Origin: an uncultured Gemmatimonadales bacterium
GTDB lineage: Bacteria > Gemmatimonadota > Gemmatimonadetes > Gemmatimonadales > GWC2-71-9
Direction: 5' to 3'
Length of the DNA stretch: 64,000 nucleotides
NCBI GenBank assembly: GCA_963821525.1
Contig: CAWGED010000012.1
Location: 160,001 to 224,000, forward strand
The position numbers were made by a program, and so were the translations under genes. This document shows, in pieces, positions 33,836-45,042 of this stretch (the first letter of the stretch is position 1; every line of letters starts with the position of its first letter). The notes beneath the pieces were generated by a model, which saw nothing but the letters and a program-made list of their open reading frames with translations, had not been told where the DNA came from and searched no databases.

Positions 33836-33896
33836 GATACTGGTCTCGCGCCAGCCTCACCCCCTGTCCCGCCTCTCCCACCTTACGTCTCACGTC

Positions 33897-36831
33897 TTAC
33901 GTCCCACCCCTGACCCCACACTCCTCAGCCACCAGGTCCATCTCCTCCAGGAAGCGCATCCCCCCGGTGGGATTCTGATCCCGGCGATCGACCCTCGTGA
34001 GCACCAGCCGGTCCATGGCGCGGGTCATTCCCACGTAGAGCAGGCGTCTCGCTTCCTCTACTTCGCTGGGCTTCGTTTCACCGTTTCCAGTCTTGATCCC
34101 GGGCAGCTCTGAATCCTCGGCCCCGACGACATAGACCCGGGGGAATTCGAGGCCCTTGGTGGAATGCAGGGTGAGCAGGCTCACTCGGCCCCGATCCAGC
34201 TCCGGACCTCCGCGGGTGTTGGAGAGTGCGACCCTATCCAGAAAATCGGAGAGTTGCTCCATAAGGGGTGTTGTCTCAGGAACGCTGTCGAGCAGGCGAC
34301 GGAGCCGGGCCATGGCAGCCGGATAGCGCTCGTCCGCGGTCCGCTCCTTCCGCAGTCTCTCCATGAGGATTCTGCCGCCTAACCGTTCGATCAGCTCCTC
34401 GCGCGCTGGCGCGTTCTCCCCGCCTGGGCGAGCCCGCTCCGCCTCATATGATTCGAGCGCCTTGGAGTAGCGGCCCAGGGCGAAGAGCTTGCCCAGATCG
34501 AAAAAGAGCCTTGCCTCGCTCTTCTCTCCGGGATTGCTGAGCGCCAGTGCGACGGCGAGGTGATCGATCGCGGAGACGAGGCTCGTCTTTCTGGCCCGAG
34601 CGAGCTTCTGGGTTTCGAGCTTGAGGAAGACCCCGGCCAGGGTGCGGGCGTCATCGAGCGCATGATGCTCCCGTCCCGGTCTCGATCCCGAAGCTGTGGG
34701 CCAGATTCGCCAGTGCCCGGCTGCCCGGGTGAAGCATCCGTGCGAGAGGCAGAGTGTCGAGCGCGAGGAAGTCATTCCCTGCAGGATGGTCCTTCGCCAG
34801 CCGGCGCAGTACGGGGAAGTCGAACCCGTGTCCGTTGTGAGCGACCAGCAGATCGTCTGCGGCAAAGGCACGGAACTCGGTCCATACCGATGCAAAGTCC
34901 GGAGCGCCTGCGAGGGCCTCATCGGTGTAGCCGTGAATCGCGACGGAACGGGGGCTCACCGGCTGGGTTGGCTTGACCAACCGCTGGAAATCCTCGACGA
35001 CCACCCCGTCCCGTACCCGGACCGCTCCCAACTCCACCACGTCACAGCCATCCGCGTCGTTGTCCGTGGTCTCGACGTCCACCGAGACGAAATCGCGGAA
35101 CGCGTCTCCCCCCGACTCGGCCGCGACCACCTGCAGGGCCTTGAAGAGCTCCAGGCAACGAGTCGCCGGATCTCCCCCGGATTCGAGCACCACGTCTTCC
35201 GGCCGCGGTTTCGCCTCCGGCCCCTGATACTCCACCATGGTCACCCCGGCTTCCCGAAGAAGGCCGGCCAGCCCCAGCTCGGCGCCGCCCATCCGAGGGA
35301 GCCAGGCAGTCCCACGGCCATAGCGGATCCGAGCGAGGCGCTGTGCCAATTCGGTCGCCGCCGGGTGGCCGGCGGGATCGGTGATCTCCTCCGCGTGCTC
35401 TTCGAGAATGGTCCGGTACTCACCGACCCGTTGGGAGAGCAGCTCTCCGATCAGGCCGGCGAGATCGTCATGTCGCTCGGCGAAGACCGGGAGGTTGCCG
35501 AGGACGTAAAGGCAGCGCCGTATCTTGCGCCCGTCCTCGTCCTTGTGGGGTAACTGCCGGCCAAGCTGCCGAAGCCACTCCACGAACTCGGTGCGCTTCT
35601 GCTCCGCGTCGGCTCTGAGCGTGTCATACAGGGCCTGGGGCAACACGACTTTAATGAACTGTTCTTCCAGAATCGGATCGCCGGGGCGTTCGATGACCCG
35701 CAACGCCGCGATCAGATACTTGACCACCTTCACGTCCGCCAAGGCCCTTCCCTCGGCGAGCTGGCAGGGTATTCCCGCTTCGACCAGGCGCGCCTCCAGC
35801 GCTTCGCCGATCGAGTGCTTGCGGTAGAGCAGCGCGAAATCACCCCATGCCAGCGTGTTCTCGTCCCGATCCTGCACCAGATCGGCGACCAGCCAGTCGG
35901 CTTCCGCTTTCTCATCGGGGAAATGGCGGACCAGTACCGGCCAGCGCGACTCGCGAGTCGCGCTCAGTTCCTTCTCATGCAGCCTGGGATTATGAGCGAC
36001 GAGCCGCCGTGCCGTAGTGAAGATTTCCCGCGTACAACGCCGGTTCTCATTCAGAACGATGGGGTCTGCTGTGATCTTGTAGTCGTTCAGAAAGCGACGT
36101 AGAACTCTGGGATCGGCTCCGGTCCAGGAGAAGATTGACTGCTCGTCGTCTCCCACCATGAAAATGTTGCGGTGATCCCGAGCCAGTCGATTGAGAATCG
36201 CGTACTGGAACGGGTTCAGATCCTGGGCTTCGTCGACCAGGACATAGGACCACCGCGCCGCGATTTCAGCCGCGACGTCCGCCCGGGTGCGGATCAGCTG
36301 CTCGGCTCGGACCACCAGATCATCGAAGTCCAACAGCCCTCGCGCCTCGAGAATCTCCTGATACCGCTGGAAGAGTTTCGCGGTGTAGTCACCGAGGGGC
36401 TCGCCGAGGATTTTGTGCTGACTGAAGTACTTGAGGGGCCAGGAGGCTGGGTAGCGGTGACCGGCGCGGCGCAGCACCTGAGCCTGATACTCCTCGTCGG
36501 CAATTCCAAAACCCTGGGTCAGCCCGATCGCGGAGCCGTACTGCCTGAGCAGCTGCACGCACAGAGCGTGAATCGTCGAGCGGGTGACCTGATCCGCCGC
36601 GAGTCCCAGTGAGCCGCGCAACCGGTGGGCGATCTCTCCCGCGGCCTTATTGGTGAAGGTGACCGCGACGATTCGTTCCGGAGCGACTTCCAGCCGCCCG
36701 ATCAGGTAGCGAATCCGCTCGATCAGGCAGAAGGTCTTCCCTGCCCCCGGTCCGGCCAGAACCAGCAGCGGGCCGAGCGGGGCCTCGATGGCCTGGCGCT
36801 GACGAGCGGTTGGAACGGGAGGAGAGATCAT
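33897..36831 (-). CDS. UvrD/Rep SF1A helicase with an inserted DEDDh 3'-5' exonuclease domain; apparent frameshift ~34665
   Basis: GPGAGKT, TFTNKAA, DEAQD, VGDDEQSIF, TLHSTKGLEF, RRLLYVGMTRA; exonuclease DVETT, HNGHGFD, HHALDDA. Confidence 0.9.
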
Positions 36832-37521
36832 TCGTCCGCGCCGCGAGGACCCAGGTCGGCCCAGGCAGCAATGGTTGCCGCCATGTCCTCCTGAACCTCG
36901 ACCTTGGTGCGGCCGCTGCCCTTTTTCACGCCGAAGGAGTGATCGGCTCCATCAAAGAGCTCCAGCCTCGCGTGGGGACCCAGCCCGGCACAGACCTCGG
37001 TGATGAGGTCGAGCCGCGCGAAATCGTCGCGAGTGCCCTGCAGGAACAGCATGGGAATCCGGACCGAAGCCAGGTGTACGGCTCGTTCGAGGCCTGGCTT
37101 CCCGGGCGCATGCAGCGGGAATCCAAGGAAGACCAGCCCGCACACCTCGTCCAACGGAGACTCCGCGTGCGCTCCCGAGGTCATCCGTCCGCCGAACGAC
37201 TTGCCACCGGCAAGCAGCGGGATTCCGGGCAACAGTTCGGCTGCCTTCGCCACCGCGGCTCGAACTGTCGTGTGCGCGACCGGCGGGGGAATCGGTTCGG
37301 CTCTTCTTCGCCTCCATGTAGGGAAACTGGTAGCGAAGGGTGGCAATGCCGGAGGCCGCGAGTAGTCGCGCCATCGAATCGAGAAAAGGGTGCCGCATAC
37401 CGGCGCCAGCTCCATGTGCCACGACGTAGAGATGGGTCACGTCGTCAGCAATCTGCAACAGCCCACTGACACTGCTGTCATTGAGCTTGATGGAGACCGA
37501 TTCAGGCGCGGGCAAGGTCAT
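36828..37521 (-). CDS. Small alpha/beta hydrolase (KANL3/Tex30-like); apparent frameshift ~37290
   Basis: [37 protein letters not shown]; 4-nt overlap with the helicase start. Confidence 0.85.
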
Positions 37522-37679
37522 TCTAGTGGCTGGGAAGTTGGTACAAAGATACCTACCCCACAACGACTTAGCTCATCGCGTGGCGATCGTCACAGAGTGC
37601 CAACCGGGGGCCGGGCCAAGTTGCAGGTACGTGGCGGAGGCCGATTTTGCCACACTGAATTCTTCATGAGGAGGATGCA

Positions 37680-38333
37680 ATGGAAAATCCATCCACCAGT
37701 TCAGCCGCGTGGTCCGGCGGGAGCAAGATTCTGGTTGGAATCTTGAGTCTCGCTGTGGCTGGAGTCGTCGCGGCCGCGGTCGTCACTAAGGGCGGTCGCA
37801 CGGTGGAAGCTACCATACCAGCCGGTACTTCGGTGGTCGGCGCGCTCGAGCACACGATTTCGACCGAGAATAGCGACGCAGGTGAAGCGGTAGCGCTCAC
37901 GACTACCGAGCCGATGCAGCTGTCGGGTGGTACGCTTCCGGCCGGCGCCGTTCTGCATGGCGAAGTGACCCACGTGAAGGGCGGAGGCCGCATTGCCGGA
38001 GCACCCGAACTCACCCTGCGGTTCACCCGGCTGGAAGTCGATGGCAATGACTATCCCATTGCGGCCGATCCCTGGCGGGTAAAGGGCAAGGATGACCTCG
38101 GCGAGAGTGTGGCCGAGATCGGCGGTGGTGCGGTGGTGGGCGGCGTGGTGGGCGGAATCGCGGGCCACGGGTCAACCAAGGGCATCGTCACCGGTGCGGC
38201 GGTGGGTGCGGTACTCGGAACCGGCGTCGCCGTCGCTACCAAAGGAGGCCAGATCGTATTGCCCGCCGGCCAGCGGCTGAAGGTGAGGCTGGCGGAGGGC
38301 GTGAAGGTGAAGTACGAGCCGGAGAAGACGTAG
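37680..38333 (+). CDS. Membrane-anchored hypothetical protein (TrbI/VirB10-like beta domain + glycine zipper)
   Basis: N-terminal TM; TIPAGT..., LPAGAVLHGEV, LTLRF; GGGAVVGGVVGG..GAAVGAVLG; GAGGAGG RBS. Confidence 0.7.
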   Translation: MENPSTSSAAWSGGSKILVGILSLAVAGVVAAAVVTKGGRTVEATIPAGTSVVGALEHTISTENSDAGEAVALTTTEPMQLSGGTLPAGAVLHGEVTHVKGGGRIAGAPELTLRFTRLEVDGNDYPIAADPWRVKGKDDLGESVAEIGGGAVVGGVVGGIAGHGSTKGIVTGAAVGAVLGTGVAVATKGGQIVLPAGQRLKVRLAEGVKVKYEPEKT

Positions 38334-38334
38334 T

Positions 38335-38450
38335 AGGCGGGAAGGCGGGTGAGGGCGGTAGGGCGGTAGGTAGGAAAAGGCGGGAGGTTTGGAGGAAACT
38401 CCGGACCTTCCGCCTTTTCTTACCGTCTGACCGCCTTCCCGTCCGCGGCA
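38335..38450. repeat. Degenerate 8-mer repeats with purine-rich and pyrimidine-rich inverted arms
   Basis: aggcgggaaggcgggtgagggcggtagggcggtagg ... ccttccgccttttcttaccgtctgaccgccttcccgtcc. Confidence 0.6.
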
Positions 38451-38481
38451 AAGGCCGAGTCAATTCGTCTTGAGCCGAGCA

Positions 38482-38683
38482 GTCGCTGAAGCGACACAAT
38501 AGCCGAGTGGCGGCTTCAGCCGCCGAATCGGGCTTGATCCGTCACAAGTCCGCGGGTAAGGCCGGCTCAAGTCGACGGCTAAAGCCGGCTCAAGTCGACG
38601 GCTAAAGCCGGCTCAGGTCGGCGGCGAATCCGGCGCAATTCGGCGGCTAAAGCCCGCCACTCGGCGCCTGTCGCTGAAGCGAC
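38482..38683. repeat. Nested-palindrome REP/REPIN-like element with internal 23-bp tandem units
   Basis: GTCGCTGAAGCGAC at 38482-38495 and 38670-38683; 27-bp inverted repeats 38502-38528 / 38638-38665; GCCGGCTCAAGTCGACGGCTAAA x2 perfect plus 2 degenerate units (38538-38629). Confidence 0.8.
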
Positions 38684-38771
38684 GTGAAAACCGGGGGGGG
38701 GGCGCGTGCCATCTCGCGGTCGACGGCACCGTCCGTCCAGTCCGCCCCGTCCGTCTTATCTTCCCTCCACC

Positions 38772-40531
38772 ATGCGGTCCCTTCCGCTCTCACTGTACCT
38801 CACAGCTCTCTGCCTCTGCCCGGCGCGAATCGCGTCGCCTCAGGCAACACCCACCGTCGACAGCGCGGTCTCCATCACGATGCGCGACGGGGTGGTGCTC
38901 CGGGCTGACGTCCTGCGGCCGAGTGGGCCCGGAAGGTTTCCGGTCCTGGTGTACCGAACACCGTATGATCGGGCGGATGCGGCTGATGCCACCGGGCTGG
39001 CGAAGAAGGCGGTCCAGCGCGGCTACGCGGTCGTAGTTCAGGATGTGCGGGGCCGCTATGGCTCCGATGGGACCTTCACCGCCTACAGCCAGGAAGGCAA
39101 AGACGGATACGATACGATCGAGTGGGCAGCGCAACAGCCGTGGTCGAACGGCGCCGTCGGCAGCTTCGGGCTTTCCTATCCGGGAGCGGTCCAATGGCTC
39201 GCCGCGGTGGAGCGCCCGCCGTCGCTCAAGGCGATGGTGCCGGCGATGACCTACGCTACACCCGAGACCTTCTGGTACTCGGGCGGCGTGTGGGATGGGT
39301 CGTGGCTCGACTGGACCTGGTTCAACATCGCGCCGGACCTGCGACGTCGCCTCGGCGTTCCTGGAGCACAGACCTCAGAGCAGGCCGCGACTCAATGGGA
39401 GACCGACCGCGACCGGCTCCGCAACTACCGGCCACTGTCCACTCTGCCAGACTTCGAAGGTGTTGCCCCGTGGTACTACGAATGGATGCGCCATCCGCCG
39501 CGCGACTCGTGGTGGAAGTGGGCAACCCTCGAAGGCAAGTACTCCGCCGTCAGCGCCGCAGTGCTCAACATCTCCGGGTGGTTCGATGAACCGTATGGGC
39601 CCTTCGGGGCGGTGACCAACTATCAAGGATTGGTGACTTCGCGAGATGCCAGTGATCCGCGTACCAAACTCATTCTTGGAGCCTGGACCCACGGCGTCGC
39701 CGCGGTCCAGCGAGAGAAGGCGGGAGACCGGCTGTTCGGCTCGGATGCGGCGATCGACTACGATGAGACCGTCCTTCGGTGGATGGATCGCTACCTGAAG
39801 AACGCGGAGAATGGCCTCGACAGCGATCCTTCTGTTAGAGTGTTCGTGATGGGTAGCGAACACCTGGCGGACCAGTCAGGTCTGGCCCTTCGAAGGAACC
39901 AGGACCGACACGCTGTTCCTCGCCGGGAGCGTGGATTCCAAATCGAATGGCCGCCTCGAGCATGGCGAGTCACGGTCGTCCGGAAGCAGTACCGTCCGGT
40001 CCGATCCTGCCAACCCCCTGGCCGATCCCTACGAGGGACGGGCCGGCGTGCACGACTACGCTGCCCTGACGGGTCGCCCCGACATCGCCGTCTTCGAGAC
40101 GACGCCTTTCAAGTCTGCGGTCGACGTGATCGGGCCCGTGGTTGCGGAGCTATCGGTCGGGAGCAAACTGCCGGACTTCGATGTCTGGGTCCAAGTGTAT
40201 GATGTCGCCCCAGAGGGGCAGAGCCTGGAACCTGACCACGGCCGGGAGCGGGCTCCAACGAGCCAGCTATCGCGACGGGGGACCGGACCGTAAGCCGTTG
40301 CAGCCGGGGCAGATCGTGAGTCTCAGGCTGGATCGCCTTTTTACTGCGAATCGGTTTCTCCCCGGCCACCGCCTTCGCATCGTAGTCTCCACCGCATTCA
40401 CTCCATGGTTCTCGGTGAATCCGCAAACTGGAGAGCTCGAGCTCTTCTCCAGCGGCGCGCGCGCGGGAGACGTAGTGATTCATCACTCGAAAGAGCACCC
40501 ATCCCGCCTGCTACTTCCCGTAGTGCCCTGA
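38772..40531 (+). CDS. CocE/NonD family hydrolase (peptidase S15-like), exported; apparent frameshifts ~39860 and ~40220
   Basis: MRDGVVLRAD, RTPY, QDVRGRYGSDG, DGYDTIEW, GLSYPG nucleophile, GWFD, GAWTH; C-terminal GHRLRI...HPSRLLLPV. Confidence 0.9.
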
Positions 40532-40580
40532 TCAGGTTCTCTTTCAGCCGTCAAGCTGAGTACGTGCATACAGGTGCCCG

Positions 40581-43500
40581 ATGTCCCTCTCTGCCTTTCA
40601 TCCCGCCGTTGCCCGCTGGTTCCAGGAACGCCTCGGTGAGCCAACTCCTGTCCAAACAAAAGGATGGGAGGCCATTCGCCGGGGAGAGGACACTCTCATC
40701 ACGGCCCCGACGGGGTCAGGCAAGACGCTCGCCGCCTTTCTGATAGAGCTGGACGAGCTGCTGCGAGAATCGCTGAGCGGTGCCCTGCCGGACGAGACCC
40801 GGGTGGTCTACGTCTCTCCTTTGAAGGCGCTCTCCGCCGACATCCACAAGAACCTCGCCGAGCCTCGGCGCGAGATCCGCCGATTGGCGGAGGAGATGGG
40901 ACACGGCGAGGTCAGGATCACCGCCGCGGTTCGCAGCGGCGACACTCCTGCCTCGGAGCGGGCCTCGATGCTCCGGACCCCGCCCCACATTCTCGTAACC
41001 ACACCAGAGTCGCTCTACCTGCTTCTCACGGCGGAACGAAGCCGCAAGATGCTGAGCACGGTGCGGACGGTGATCGTTGACGAAATCCACGCCGTGGTCG
41101 ACTCGAGGAGAGGTGCCCATCTCGCGCTGAGCCTGGAGCGCCTGGAGCACGTCGCGGGGCGTAAGCTGCAACGGATCGGCCTGTCAGCCACGGTAAACCC
41201 CGTGGAGCTGGTAGCCGACTGGCTGGTCGGCTCGAATCGCCGAGCGACGATCATAAACGAGGGCCACCGCCGAGCCTTGGACCTCGCGCTCGAGCTGCCG
41301 GGTTCTCCCCTCGAAGCCGTCATGGCTGGGGAGGTATGGCTCGAGATCTACAACCGGCTCACCGACCTCATCAACCAGCATCAGACAACCATCGTCTTCG
41401 TCAACACACGAAAGCAGGCGGAGCGGGTAGCTCGCCACCTGGCCGAGCGGGTAGGAGAAGAGCTGGTGACTGCGCATCACGGCAGTCTGTCGAAGGAAAT
41501 CCGGCTCGCCGCGGAAGAGAAGCTCAAGACCGGTAAGCTCAAGGCACTGGTCGCCACTGCCTCATTGGAGCTGGGAATCGACATCGGGCACGTGGATCTG
41601 GTGTGCCAATTCGGCTCGCCGCATCGGATTGCTGCCTTCCTGCAGCGGGTCGGTAGGAGCGGACATACGGTGGCCGGCACGCCTAAGGGACGGCTTTTCC
41701 CACTGAGTCGCGACGATCTGGTTGAGTGTGCCGCCCTCCTGCGCTGGGCCCGCGCGGGAGTCCTGGATCGGCTCTGGGTCGTCGAGCACCCCGCGGATGT
41801 TCTCGCCCAACAGATCGTGGCGGAATCTGCGGCGGAAGACTGGGCCACCGATGATCTCTTCGACTTGGTGCGTCGAGCCTATCCCTACCGTGAGCTCAGT
41901 CGCCAGCAGTTCGACCAGATCGTCCAGATGGTCGCTCAGGGATTCACCACCCGGCGCGGTCGTCGCGGAGCGCTGGTTCACCATGACGGAGTGAATCAGA
42001 GACTTCGCGGCCGGCGCGGTGCCCGGATGCTGGCCCTGACTTCCGGCGGTGCCATTCCGGAAACGGCGGACTATCGGGTCTTGCTGGAGCCCGAGGGAAC
42101 CTTCATCGGCACCGTGAACGAGGACTTCGCCGTCGAGAGCATGGCGGGAGACGTCTTCCAGCTCGGGAATGCCTCGTGGCGCATGCTCCGAATCCAGGCT
42201 GGGACAGTTCGAGTGGAGGACGCACATGGCGAACCGCCCGGAATTCCCTTCTGGCTTGGTGAAGCACCGGCGAGGAGCGATGAGCTCTCTGTTGCGGTTG
42301 CCGAGTTGCGGCGCGAAGTCGGAGAAGCGCTTGGGAGATCGGGACGCTGCCGAGAAGTGGTTGGTGCAGGAGCTGTCGAGCAGGACGGACAAGTCGAGCG
42401 GGACGGACGGAGCACTGGAAACGCCGACTGGTCCGACCCGACCGCCTCTGTCCGACCCGACAACCTCCGCCGCATTCCAAATCATCCACTATCTCGCCGA
42501 CGCCCATCGGATCCTCGGCGTCCTGCCAACTCAGGATACCGTGATCGCCGAGCGGTTCTTCGACCAGGCCGGTGGAATGCAGCTCGTGATCCATGCGCCA
42601 TTCGGCAGCCGGATCAACAAAGCGTGGGGTCTGTCACTTCGCAAGCGATTCTGCCGCAGCTTCAATTTTGAGTTGCAGGCCGCTGCCACCGAGGACGGCA
42701 TCGTGCTCTCGCTGGGGCCGCAGCATTCATTCCCGCTCGAGAACGTCTTCGATTTCCTCCACCCGTCGTCGGTGCGCGAAGTGCTGGTCCAGGCCCTGCT
42801 GGATGCGCCTCTATTCGGCACGCGGTGGCGCTGGAATGGCAACATCTCCCTGGCGATCCCGCGCTATCGCGGCGGGAAGAAGGTTCCGCCCCAAATCCAG
42901 CGCATGGAGGCGGATGACCTGCTCGCCGCGGTGTTCCCCGACGCGGCGGCCTGCCTCGAGAATATCGCCGGCGATCGGGAAGTCCCCGATCACCCCCTCG
43001 CCTCACAGACCATCACCGATTGCCTTACTGAGGCGATGGATCTCGATGGTCTGATCAAGGTTCTCGAACGCCTTCGTGCCGGCGAGATCAACTGCGTTGC
43101 CCGAGACCTGCCGGAGCCTTCGCCTCTCAGCGCCGAGATCCTGAACGCTCGACCGTACGCCTTCCTCGACGATGCCCCGCTGGAAGAGAGGAGAACCCAG
43201 GCGGTCTATACCCGTCGCGCCTTCGAGCCGTCCTCGGCAGACGATCTCGGTGCTCTCGATCCTCAGGCGATCGAGAGAGTCCGGGAACAGGCATGGCCCG
43301 AGGCGGAGAACGCCGATGAGTTGCATGACGGGTTGCTCACTTCGGGGTTCATTCTGGAAAAAGAGGCGACGGACAGGGCGGGCGAGACGGACAGGGCGGA
43401 CGCGGCGGAGGAGCGAGCCCCTGACTGGAACGAGCTGTTCGATGAACTGGTCCGCGCGGGCCGGGCACAGCGAATCAGTATCGACTCCGCGCCTTCGGCG

Positions 43501-45034
43501 CTCTGGGTCGCAACCGAACGTCTAGCGCGAGATTCTAGGCCATCCACCCGTCGTCTCCGTCCCGTCCGCCCCGTCCGACCTGACCGTCCCGACCCGCGAA
43601 GAAGCCGATTCGCGAACTACTCCGCGGCCGCCTGGAGATCGTCGGACCCACCACCGCAGCCGAGCTGGCGAGCACGCTCGGTGTGGGCGAAGGAGATGCG
43701 GACCTCGCACTCGCCGCGCTGGAACGAGAGGGAGTCGTACTCCGCGGGCGGTTCACTCCGGGAGCCACGACTCTCGAGTGGTGCGACCGACGGCTGCTTG
43801 CGCGGATTCACCGCTATACCCTGGATCGCCTCCGGGCCGAGATCGAACCGGTCAGCGCCGCCGATTTTATGCGCTTCCTGTTCCGGTGGCAGCGGATAGA
43901 TCCGGAATATCGAGTCTCAGGCCTCGAGGGCCTGGCGAGCGTCCTGGAGCAGCTCGACGGCTTCGAGGTTCCGGCGAAGGCCTGGGAGCCCGACGTTCTG
44001 GCGGCGCGCATGCACACGAATACGATCCTGCGTTGCTCGACATGCTTTGCCTCACCGGCCGTATCGCCTGGGCTCGGCTTTCGGCTGGAGGCAATCCTGC
44101 GGCACGTCCTGCGAGCCGTCCCATTCGGTCAACGCCGGTGGCGACTCCCGCTTCGTCAGCACCTAGGCTCCTGGCTGGCGATCGCGCCAACGGCCGAAGC
44201 GCCGGCGCTTTCGTCCTACGCTCAGGATGTGCTCGCAGTGCTGAGTCGCCGCGGGGCATCGTTCTTCACCGACCTGACTGCGGGCTCCGGCCTTCTCGCC
44301 ACCCAGGTCGAACAGGCTTTGGCCGAGCTGGCCGCAGCAGGACTGGTCACCTCTGACAGCTTCACGGGACTTCGTGCCCTGCTTACTCCATCCGACCGTC
44401 GCAAGCCGCTGGTGACCCGTGCCGCCTCGACCGACGTGCGACGCCATAGAACGGTCAACTTCGGGATCGAGGGAGCAGGCCGCTGGAGCCTCCTTCACCC
44501 TGAATCCACCGGCCGAGCCGCCGAGCCGAGCCGCGCGAGCCGCCGAGATTGAGCTCCTCGCCCTCACCCTCCTCGCTCGCTACGGCGTGGTCTTCCGGAG
44601 ACTCCTCGCCCGGGAAAGCCTCACCGTGCCGTGGCGCGTGTTGCTTCAGGTCTATCGCAGGCTCGAGGCGCGGGGGGAAATTCGCGGGGGGCCGGTTCGT
44701 GGCCGGCATGCAGGGAGAGCAATTCGCGAGGCCGGAGGCGGTGACCCAGCTACGCGCGGTCCGCCGGGCCACAAAGGACGTTGAGCTGGTCGTGCTGTCG
44801 GCAGCGGACCCGCTGAATCTCACCGGCCTCGTCACACCCGGTGAACGGATCTCCGCGCTGGCGAGCAACCGTATCGCCTGGCGGAACGGAGTTCCGGTCG
44901 CGGCCCTCGAAGGCAACGAGGTTCGCTGGCTGCGCGACGACGTAAACCCGGAGGACCGGCTCGAGATCGAGCGAGCCCTGGCCCGCAAGCGGATCAGCCC
45001 CGCGTTAAGGGGCTATCTCGGCATGACAGGGTGA
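40581..45034 (+). CDS. lhr: Full-length Lhr ATP-dependent SF2 helicase with C-terminal domain; at least 5 apparent frameshifts
   Basis: [53 protein letters not shown]-terminal [33 protein letters not shown]. Confidence 0.9.
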
Positions 45035-45042
45035 ATCGTTTC

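Noticed and set aside
38538..38629. 23-bp direct repeats as a possible CRISPR array
   Set aside because: The units are directly tandem with no unique spacers, and there are no cas genes in the window.
38693..38702. G10 homopolymer upstream of the CocE hydrolase as a phase-variation tract
   Set aside because: Intergenic, and homopolymer length is unreliable in this error-prone sequence; no promoter elements could be placed around it.
40581..45034. lhr (and other split genes) as pseudogenes or programmed frameshift genes
   Set aside because: Breaks are scattered across unrelated genes with intact catalytic motifs and no consistent slippery sequences. Assembly error is more parsimonious.
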